Shown here one piece after another: positions 1-6,442 of a stretch of 11,547 nucleotides of DNA. The stretch lies in the NCBI GenBank assembly GCA_963753345.1, contig CAVWBU010000029.1:1-11547 (forward strand). Direction: 5' to 3'. This stretch comes from an uncultured Fibrobacterota bacterium (lineage in GTDB: Bacteria > Fibrobacterota > Chitinivibrionia > Chitinivibrionales > FEN-1185). The stretch's first letter is position 1. Every line of letters begins with the position of its first letter. Under the pieces are notes generated by a model, which searched no databases, was not told the DNA's origin, and saw only the letters and a program-made list of their open reading frames with translations. The position numbers and the translations under genes are program-made.

Positions 1-34
1 GTGCTTCGCACAAACGGGACCTGTCCCCTTTTCC
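1..34. repeat. Partial REP-like palindromic repeat (GTGCTTCGCACAAACGGGACCTGTCCCCTTTTCC), cut by the window edge
   Basis: Resembles the GGAAAAGGGGACAGGTCC...GGACCTGTCCCCTTTTCC intergenic repeats I recall from Pirellulales/Planctomycetota genomes. It lies just downstream of the stop of the minus-strand gene at 54. Only one arm is visible. Confidence 0.55.
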
Positions 35-53
35 CTCCAAGATCGTGCGACAT

Positions 54-353
54 TTAGATCGTCGGCGACGGCTCTGCGCGAACGGCGGCGGGTCGGCTTG
101 GCCGAGCTTTCCAGTCTTTGGTGAGCGTCTCGAAGACCTCGGGCGATTCGTAGCGAATGACGTTCTGGCCGTCGGGGATGGGACCGATCAGGCCGCGGAA
201 GACCGGCAGGCCGCGCAAGCCCAAGTCGGTGCTGCAATCGTCCACGCCGACCTGAGAGTGCCGTTTCAGGAGGGCATCTTGGGAGTCGTACTCGCGGATG
301 CGAATCTGCCCGTCGGTCCCGCGAGTGACCACGCGAAAGGTGTCTTTGTTCAT
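54..353 (-). CDS. Small hypothetical protein (99 aa), resembling a conserved planctomycete family
   Basis: ATG start preceded by AAGGAA on the minus strand. Globular-looking sequence (FRVVTRG...GVDDCSTDLGLRGLPVFRGLIGP...IRYESPEVFE) with a low-complexity tail. The family resemblance is from recall only. Confidence 0.75.
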   Translation of the reverse strand: MNKDTFRVVTRGTDGQIRIREYDSQDALLKRHSQVGVDDCSTDLGLRGLPVFRGLIGPIPDGQNVIRYESPEVFETLTKDWKARPSRPAAVRAEPSPTI

Positions 354-789
354 GGGACCGAGTTCCTTGTCGTGTTGTTTCGACCCCTTGTCCGGCCAAT
401 TCTCTCATCCGAGTTGTTGGAAAGCCCCTGTTTTGCTCTCTGAGCCGCCGGCAGATCGGGGGACAGCGAATCTCGCCCCTCTCCTCCGGGGCGTGTTGTT
501 TGACGACAAACCGCTGGCCCTTGCCGGCTGTTTGCCGTCACGCTGGCTATCGACTTTCCTAAGTAGCGTGCCCGAAACAATTTGGAGCCGGCGACACATC
601 GCGGGCATTCCCGCGAATCGGAAGAACCTCGCCGCAGCCATCGTCGTTACGACTGACCCGAACCGAGTCTGAAATGCGGGCAATGCGGGTTTTGCCGACC
701 GTCCGCTGCCGGTCGGATCGTCTCCCCACTTCTCTCCCGGCCCCTTTCTCGCCTACGGGAGCGGTGAGCTATATTACGAAAGCTGCGCC

Positions 790-871
790 GGAGGGTACGC
801 GAATGGTTAGCAGCCTGACTCGAAATCAGGTGCCGGGTAACCGGTTGAGGGTTCGACTCCCTTGCCCTCCG
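790..871 (+). tRNA. tRNA-Ser (anticodon CGA), long variable arm, CCA not encoded, atypical D-arm/connector
   Basis: Acceptor GGAGGGT/GCCCTCC with discriminator G871. Anticodon arm CCTGA-CT CGA AA-TCAGG (814-830). Variable arm GCCGG-GTAA-CCGGT. T-arm GAGGG-TTCGACT-CCCTT. Confidence 0.95.
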
Positions 872-876
872 CTGAT

Positions 877-918
877 AAAGCCCTGCGTGACAATTAGTTA
901 TGCAAGGCTTTCTTGTTT
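877..918 (+). terminator. Hairpin/intrinsic terminator downstream of tRNA-Ser
   Basis: AAAGCCCTGCGTGAC-AATTA-GTTATGCAAGGCTTT forms a 15-bp stem with two G-U pairs and one mismatch, followed by CTTGTTT. Confidence 0.65.
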
Positions 919-1187
919 GTCCACGAATAGCATGGAAGTAGGGTAGCGTGTCGGGGCGGAGAGGGCTCAAAAAGTTGCCATCGTGTCCTGGTCCGGGGAT
1001 CTCTCATAACCGAGCAAGTGGGGAAGAGAATATCGCACAATGAGGGAGATTTGAGGTCAGAATGACCGTGTTCCGTCGGGAGTGTTGATCGAGCATCGTA
1101 GCGTTCTTTGAAATCTCGGCTTGATTTTGCGTATGTCAGTTCCGTCAGCACACCGACAGTGCGGTTGCCACGAAGGAGCCGTCGCAC

Positions 1188-1710
1188 GGCGTAGACGCAG
1201 CTCGCCTCAGCCTGACGATGGGCAAATGCTTTGCCACCACGGTGAAAGCTGACCCCCAAGGTCAGTTCCGCACAGGGGCTGCCGCGAGCAAGTGCCCAAG
1301 GCTTGGCACACGGCGAGCCATGCGGTCACTGTGACCGCGGCTCAAAAGGCGCGGGCGACGATTGGCAGGAAACGTGCCGATGTACACTTCGTTCGGTGTT
1401 CTTCCGCCAAGCCCAGTATGCGGCCGCGCTGGTTGTAACATTCCACGCTTGCCGTCAGTTCGCGGAGAAACGCTTTGCGCCGGGATAGGAAATGTGCGGC
1501 AAGTACGAGAGCACACACTTGATCGTCAAGATGACCCGCTCTACGACTGCAATGGAGCCAGGTTTGCCGATGGCTCCGTAACCCGGCTGCTGGATGCCCT
1601 TCCACTTGCACCACTTTCGGGATGCCTTGCACTCGAACTGTTTTCCCCGGTCGCAGACGATGTGTCGCAGAGCTTTGTGGAACGACGGGAATGCGAGACA
1701 TGATCGCGCA
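1188..1710 (-). pseudogene. Frameshifted, 5'-truncated DDE-type transposase/integrase core (rve) relic
   Basis: Joining minus-strand frames gives HIVCDRGKQFECK...KGIQQPGYGAIGKPGSIAVVERVILTIK / RRKAFLRELTASVECYNQ / RPHTGLGGRTPNEVY / ...KHLPIVRLRRAA. This contains the second D (CDRG), the E (VER) and the YN..RPH..LGG.TP motif of IS3/IS481-type rve cores. At least 3-4 frameshifts. Confidence 0.8.
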
Positions 1711-1782
1711 ATTTGGAGGAGATAGGACGTCGAGAAACCCCCATTTTATGTTTCCGTCGCATGGCAACCATCGAAGCCGCAG

Positions 1783-1818
1783 TTGACTTCGTCGGATCGC
1801 GTGGTATTATAATACTAC
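1783..1818 (+). promoter_or_regulatory. Sigma70-like promoter of the toxin-antitoxin pair with an overlapping palindromic operator
   Basis: TTGACT (1783-1788), then 16 nt, then TATTAT (1805-1810) with an extended TG; TATAAT also at 1808-1813. Perfect palindrome GTATTATAATAC at 1804-1815. Confidence 0.6.
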
Positions 1819-1827
1819 AGAGACACG

Positions 1828-2103
1828 GTGGAACCCGAACAACAATACCCTGTCACACGATCATCTAGGGATCTGGACGATGACCCGGAGGGCAACGTGC
1901 AGCACTGCGCCGAGCATGACGTAACGAAGGAAGAGGTCGAAGAAGTATTGCAGCACCCTGGCGATGCGGATGTGAGTCGATCGTCGGGTCGTCCGGTTGT
2001 GTTTGGAGACACCAACGCCGGACGGCACCTGATGGTGGTGTACGAGACGATAGAACCGGATGTCGTGTATCCGATAACAGCATACGAAGTTCCACAGAGG
2101 TGA
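1828..2103 (+). CDS. BrnT-like (RelE-fold) small toxin; N-terminus probably disrupted
   Basis: D..N..H.AEH.V..EEVEEVL...SRSSGR...FG.T.AGRHLMVVYE...YPITAY matches the BrnT/DUF4258-like pattern. Removing A1867 restores the family-like IIWDLDDD. The stop overlaps the next gene's GTG (GTGA 2100-2103). Confidence 0.7.
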   Translation: MEPEQQYPVTRSSRDLDDDPEGNVQHCAEHDVTKEEVEEVLQHPGDADVSRSSGRPVVFGDTNAGRHLMVVYETIEPDVVYPITAYEVPQR

Positions 2104-2108
2104 CAACA

Positions 2109-2416
2109 ATGACCACACGCCGCATCACTCGCAATCGTCGGCTTACGGCCGAAGAATCGGCGAAATACAAGGAGATACGCGAGCGGGTTGCCGAGGAGTT
2201 TCCCGAGTTGGTCGCGCGGCATCATGAACGTCTTGCGGCCCTCGATCAATTGGGAGAATTGCTCAGAGCAATTGAAAGCCGCGAGAGAAGAACGGGGGCT
2301 TGAGCCTGTCCGATCTGACTCTATTTAACGGGCATGGATCGTTCAGCGATCGCGAAGCTCGAGAATGGACAGCGGTCCCAACCCGACTGTCGAGACGCTG
2401 GTGCGTTACGCCGAGG
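2109..2416 (+). pseudogene. XRE-family helix-turn-helix antitoxin/regulator, frameshifted and truncated
   Basis: Frames join to MTTRRITRNRRLTAEE...LGELL-QLKAAREERG-LSLSDLT-TGMDRSAIAKLENGQR-NPTVETLVRYAE, a typical HTH_3 domain. There are +1 shifts at about 2267, 2294-2298, 2324-2326 and 2377-2379. The gene ends abruptly at the istA junction. Confidence 0.8.
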
Positions 2417-2671
2417 ATCGGGCAGCGGTTCGATGGGTGCGTCGTTCGACGGTGGCGATGGCGGGAACAGTGCCTGCTCAAGAGCCGTGTCGGTAAGCGT
2501 ATCAGGCAGCGGCCACGGCAGTTTCGATTGCTCGAAACGCTCGACATAGTTGATCACGCTGCCTTTGGAAAGCGACAGCGCAAGCGACGTTTGTTCGGCG
2601 CTGATGTTCTTGGAAAGCCGGTACTCCAGTACCTGGCGGATTTTTCGCATAGGCGTTCTCCCTCTGCTCAT
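2417..2671 (-). pseudogene. istA: IS21 transposase IstA, N-terminal ~85 aa (truncated)
   Basis: M...MRKIRQVLEYR...S...SLALSLSKGSVINYVERF...LPWPLPD.LTD.ALEQALFP...PLPD is the characteristic IstA HTH N-terminus. RBS AAAGGAG lies upstream. Similarity stops after PLPD. Confidence 0.85.
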
Positions 2672-2744
2672 ACCTGTCTCCTTTCAATGGTGAAAGGAGA
2701 CGAAATAGGTGAAACCGAGAACGCTTTCTGAAAAATCGTCCGTC

Positions 2745-2856
2745 CGGTCAAATAAAAGCGGATTTGCCGGTCAAATTGATCCGGATTGATCGGTCATTTT
2801 CATCCGGATTCGTCGGTCATTTTGAGGCGGATTGAGCGGTCATTTTGGGGCGGATC
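2745..2856. repeat. Five tandem 23-bp IS21 terminal repeats, consensus CGGTCAWWT-N4-SCGGATT
   Basis: CGGTCA starts at 2745, 2768, 2791, 2814 and 2837, an exact 23-bp period. Each unit also contains CGGAT. Confidence 0.9.
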
Positions 2857-2877
2857 AGTCATAAAACATCTTTAATG

Positions 2878-2894
2878 GTTCAATAATGTATTGT
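2878..2894 (+). repeat. 17-bp direct repeat, copy 1 (GTTCAATAATGTATTGT)
   Basis: Exact match to 5051-5067. Confidence 0.85.
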
Positions 2895-2900
2895 TTTTTC

Positions 2901-3004
2901 GTCGCCGACATCAAAGACTACGAATCCGCCGACTTTTCCCTTTACCATACCATCAAGAGCGAAGGCATACCAGCGTGAACGAGGAAGCGTCGGCTCCGCG
3001 TTGA
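2901..3004 (+). pseudogene. Probable relic of an MNT nucleotidyltransferase 3' end coupled to the start of a HEPN gene
   Basis: VADIKDYESADFSLYHTIKSEGIPA* resembles MNT C-termini (...LY..I..EGI). Its TGA overlaps GTG-AAC-GAG-GAA-GCG (MNEEASA..., GTGA 2975-2978), which stops after 9 codons. Confidence 0.4.
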
Positions 3005-3324
3005 CGCGGAAGTTCCGTGAAAAGTGAAAAGCGCTTTTCAAACCTTGTCAAGCCGCCTCCAACGCCCCTCAACTTCACTGATCACCCAGCCCGGCAAGTT
3101 CTTCAAGCCCGGCTTTCCCATCCCTGTCCATCCGCATTGAACAACAACCGAAACCATTCCAAGCCGGTTCTTTCCAGGAAAATGCAGATTAGATATTGCA
3201 TAGCTATTTAGCAGAACACATATTAACATCATGATATCACGCCAAATAACAGCAGTACTGAAGCGTCTGGCGGCAAAGATGCCGGTTGTTTCGCTTACCG
3301 GATTCCCCAAATAAAAGAAAACCA

Positions 3325-3376
3325 CAACATAATGTTGCATAATTGCCAGTAAGTAACTATATTTGTGACATACTGG
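3325..3376 (+). promoter_or_regulatory. Candidate abiE promoter/operator inverted repeats
   Basis: CAACAT-A-ATGTTG (3325-3337) and CCAGTAAGTAAC-TATATTT-GTGACATACTGG (3346-3376, 10/12 match, with a -10-like TATATT in the spacer), directly before the ATG at 3384. Confidence 0.55.
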
Positions 3377-3383
3377 ATAAAAT

Positions 3384-4003
3384 ATGCGATTATTACTTCC
3401 CCCGCTGCCGGAACTTGATTATCAGATCGTCATAGACGCCTTCAAGAACTATGCATACCCGCGAAAGGCGCTTTCAGATGCACTTGTCCGGGGCGATCTT
3501 ATCAGGGTAAAAAGGGGATTATATGTTCAGTCGGGACGCGGAATTCCTGCTTATTCCAGAGAAGTGCTTGCAAATATGATATATGGTCCATCCTATATTT
3601 CTTTTGAGTATGCGCTTGCCTATTACGGCCTTATTCCCGAACGGGTGGAGGAAATTTCCTCCGCCACCCTCGGAAAAAGCAAGATTTTCGATACGCCGGC
3701 GGGAAAGTTTTCCTACATGCATGTGTCAACGAGCTATTACAGTTTTGGTTTTGCGCATAAAGCAACTGGGAGACGAACGAGACATTCCTTATCGCCGATC
3801 CGGAGAAGGCGGTTGCAGACCAGGTGGTTCGGGAAAAGGGCAAATTTTCTCTTAGCGGCATGAGGGAATTCCTCTTTGACAACCTGCGAATAGACCCGGC
3901 CGTTTTCCGGAATCTCGACAGTAGCGTACTCGCCGAGGCATCGCTACGGTCAGGCAAACAGTCTCTTGGGCTGCTGCTGAAGGTCAAGGATGGTCTATCG
4001 TGA
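3384..4003 (+). pseudogene. abiEi: Type IV TA antitoxin, AbiEi family, frameshifted at about 3758-3783
   Basis: LIRVKRGLY, PSYISFEYALAYYGLIPE and F.TP.G.FSY motifs in the first frame. The continuation FLIADPEKAVAD...FLFDNLRID...KDGLS* is in another frame and ends at TGA 4001-4003, overlapping the abiEii GTG. Confidence 0.85.
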
Positions 4004-4872
4004 AGACTCCGTTGGACAATCTGCTTTCCAGGTACACGTTGACCACCACGGAAGAGTCATTGCAAGCCCTGCGGGAAATTACGCAGGAAATCGCTCTTCT
4101 GGGATTGTGGCGGGGAAAATTCTTCGAACATGCGGCATTCTACGGAGGCTCGGCTCTCAGGATCGTTCAAGGCCTTCCACGGTATTCTGAAGACCTGGAC
4201 TTCTCGCTCCTCGTCCCCAATCCCGTTTTCAAGGCGCAATCCTATTTTGCATATGTGGAAAAGGAGCTTCGCGCATTCGGGTTCGACGTATCGATTTTGC
4301 AAAGACCTCAAAACAAGGAATCCGCAATCGATGGTGCTTTTGTAAAGATGAACACTCGTGAGGGATTTCTCACGCTGGGAGTACCGCGGCCCCTTGTTGA
4401 CCGCCTGTCCCGGGAGCAGGTCCTGAAGATAAAATTTGAAATAGATATCGATCCGCCTGGTGATTTTCGAACGGAAACAAAATACCAGTATATGCCGCAG
4501 GCGTTTTCGGTCCGGCTCTTCGATTTACCATCTCAATTTGCGGGAAAGCTGCATGCGGCCATTGCCCGGAAGTGGAAAACCAGGGTCAAAGGGCGGGATT
4601 GGTTTGACCTGGTTTGGTTTGTCGGAAAAGGCGTTGCCGCGTCGTTGCCCCACCTTAAAGCAAGGCTCGTTCAAACAGGGCACCTTGCCCGGCAAGATTT
4701 CCTTGGTGCTAGTGAGGCGCGGGAAATTCTAAGAGGGCGGATACAAACGCTTGATATCGATGCCGCAAAGAGGGATGTCGGTCCATTCTTAAGGCCGCAG
4801 GATGCCGCTCAATTGGATGTTTGGAGCAAGGATTTTTTTCTCGATCTGGCGGGCAGAATCCAGTTTGAGTGA
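4000..4872 (+). CDS. abiEii: Type IV TA toxin, AbiEii/AbiGii-family nucleotidyltransferase
   Basis: LREITQEIAL, FYGGSALRI..GLPRYSEDLDFSL, KIKFEID, FAGKLHA and KGRDWFDLVW motifs. Intact 290-aa ORF. Confidence 0.95.
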   Translation: MKTPLDNLLSRYTLTTTEESLQALREITQEIALLGLWRGKFFEHAAFYGGSALRIVQGLPRYSEDLDFSLLVPNPVFKAQSYFAYVEKELRAFGFDVSILQRPQNKESAIDGAFVKMNTREGFLTLGVPRPLVDRLSREQVLKIKFEIDIDPPGDFRTETKYQYMPQAFSVRLFDLPSQFAGKLHAAIARKWKTRVKGRDWFDLVWFVGKGVAASLPHLKARLVQTGHLARQDFLGASEAREILRGRIQTLDIDAAKRDVGPFLRPQDAAQLDVWSKDFFLDLAGRIQFE

Positions 4873-5050
4873 GATCCCGCACCTGCTTTCACAAATCCTT
4901 ATTTGTCGATTATTACACCACCACGGCGTGCAATTTAGACATTAGATATCTATTTTGCAAACACTATGTTAACACCATGATATCAATCCAAATAACAGTT
5001 GTGCGAGTAAAGCAAAAGCGATTACAATGGTTTGCAAAATGTGTTCGATT

Positions 5051-5067
5051 GTTCAATAATGTATTGT
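5051..5067 (+). repeat. 17-bp direct repeat, copy 2 (GTTCAATAATGTATTGT)
   Basis: Exact match to 2878-2894. Confidence 0.85.
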
Positions 5068-5204
5068 ATTTTTGAAGTATGAACTCAAGAATGCTCAAAT
5101 TTCCCGGGACAGACACTCCCTATGAAAAAAACGGGGTTCGGATACTTCCCAGGCCCATGTTCATACAAGAAATGGCGCAAAAATTCTGACCGGAGACACA
5201 ATCC

Positions 5205-6158
5205 ATGCACCCCTCCTCCAAAATCTTCGTCGCAGGCCACAACGGCCTTGTCGGGTCGGCTCTTGTCCGTAAACTAAGGGAAAAGGGATTCAACAATCTC
5301 CTTCTCAAGAATCGCAGTGAGCTTGATTTGACGAATCAGCATGCGGTCGAAGTGTTCTTCGCCTACGAAAAGCCGGAGTATGTATTCCTCGCCGCGGCAA
5401 AAGTCGGCGGCATCTATGCCAACAGCACCTTTCCTGCGGAGTTCATATTCAGCAACATGCAGGTGCAGATGAACATCATCAACGAATCCTGGAAATACAA
5501 AGTCAAGAAGGTCCTGTTTCTCGGATCGTCCTGCATCTATCCCAAATTTTGTCCCCAGCCGATGCGCGAGGATGCTCTTCTGTCTGGCCAGCTGGAACCG
5601 ACGAACGAGGCGTATGCCATTGCAAAAATCGCCGGCATTATCATGTGCAGGAGTTACAACAAACAGTACGGGACCGATTTTATTTCCGTGATGCCGACGA
5701 ATCTTTACGGCCCGAACGACAATTATCACCCGCTCAATTCCCATGTGCTGCCCGCGCTTGTCCGCAGGTTTCACGAGGCGAAAGCGAAGAATCTGCCCGT
5801 GGTGACGATCTGGGGCACCGGCAATCCGACGCGGGAGTTTCTCTATTCGGACGACCTTGCGGATGCTTGCATTTTCCTCATGGAAAAGCACACCGGCAAC
5901 GACATTGTCAACATCGGGTCGGGCATAGAGGTCTCAATCCGCGAACTTGCGCAGCATGTCAAGGAAGCGGTCGGGTACAAGGGCAAAATCGAGTTCGACG
6001 TCACCAAACCGGACGGAACGCCGCGAAAGCTGCTTGACTGTTCGCGGCTGCATGCCATGGGATGGCATCACACCATAGAGCTGGACGAAGGGATCAAACT
6101 GGCCTACAACGACTTTCTGAAAATGCTCGCGAACAACGAAAAGAAAAACAGGTTTTAG
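5205..6158 (+). CDS. fcl: GDP-L-fucose synthase (GDP-4-keto-6-deoxymannose epimerase/reductase)
   Basis: [66 protein letters not shown] and [11 protein letters not shown] motifs. RBS GGAG upstream. Confidence 0.97.
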   Translation: MHPSSKIFVAGHNGLVGSALVRKLREKGFNNLLLKNRSELDLTNQHAVEVFFAYEKPEYVFLAAAKVGGIYANSTFPAEFIFSNMQVQMNIINESWKYKVKKVLFLGSSCIYPKFCPQPMREDALLSGQLEPTNEAYAIAKIAGIIMCRSYNKQYGTDFISVMPTNLYGPNDNYHPLNSHVLPALVRRFHEAKAKNLPVVTIWGTGNPTREFLYSDDLADACIFLMEKHTGNDIVNIGSGIEVSIRELAQHVKEAVGYKGKIEFDVTKPDGTPRKLLDCSRLHAMGWHHTIELDEGIKLAYNDFLKMLANNEKKNRF

Positions 6159-6175
6159 GTATGACTCCGGCGCGG

Positions 6176-6442
6176 TCAATCCTCGTTGAACTTGGCCCTA
6201 AACAGCGCGACAACCGCCTCAACCGCCTTTGCCTCGTCCTTGCCCGAAGCGCACACGGCAATTTTTGAATCGCACGAGGCGGCAAGCATCATGACTTCAA
6301 GGATGCTCTTTGCGTCCGCCGATTCATCGTCTTTTTCCAGCCAGATTCGGCATTCAAACAGGAGGGACGTTTGAACGATGAGAGAGGCCGGACGTGCATG
6401 GATGCCAAGACGGTTGGTGATCGTAATTTCCTGCCGGGTCAT
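6176..6442 (-). CDS. ptsH: HPr-family phosphocarrier protein
   Basis: 88 aa with NRLGIHARPAS (His15) and DAKSIL (Ser46 site). The ATG overlaps the stop of the upstream gene (ATGA). Confidence 0.93.
   Translation of the reverse strand: MTRQEITITNRLGIHARPASLIVQTSLLFECRIWLEKDDESADAKSILEVMMLAASCDSKIAVCASGKDEAKAVEAVVALFRAKFNED

Larger units (their letters stand above)
2417..2861 (-). mobile_element. IS21-family insertion sequence, left end and 5' part only
   Basis: Terminal 5'-TG (minus strand TGACTGATCCGCC from 2861), multiple subterminal repeats and an IstA N-terminus. Confidence 0.85.

Noticed and set aside
789..872. tRNA-Sec, suppressor tRNA, or a start at C789
   Set aside because: The anticodon is CGA, not TCA or CTA. 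A C789 start would give a C discriminator and a 6-bp T-stem, whereas a GGA start with G73 fits serine identity.
298..1259. ORFs 298-672, 350-580, 405-683, 647-970, 674-946 and 894-1259
   Set aside because: They overlap one another or the tRNA, are R/P/S-rich and show no motifs; likely spurious GC-rich frames.
2260..2385. Programmed frameshifting or phase variation in the HTH gene
   Set aside because: Four separate shifts in short runs with no slippery heptamer are better explained by error or decay.
2321..2416. C-terminal part of the 116-aa minus-strand ORF as real IstA
   Set aside because: It is read-through into the antisense strand of the HTH gene beyond the junction.
2416..2419. GATC at the junction as proof of a Sau3AI/DpnII ligation chimera
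   Set aside because: A 4-mer is common by chance, and the bases are explained by the two fused codon contexts. It cannot be supported without library information.
2745..2861. Regular repeats as a mini-CRISPR array or iterons
   Set aside because: The 23-bp period leaves no room for spacers and no cas or rep gene is nearby. The repeats end at a TG/CA terminus upstream of istA, as expected for an IS21 end.
2871..2905. True dif/pdif or loxP site
   Set aside because: Only ATAATGTAT matches. There is no XerD arm and no inverted 13-bp arms in either copy.
3017..3340. ORFs 3017-3211 (+) and 3038-3340 (-)
   Set aside because: No recognisable domain or convincing RBS.
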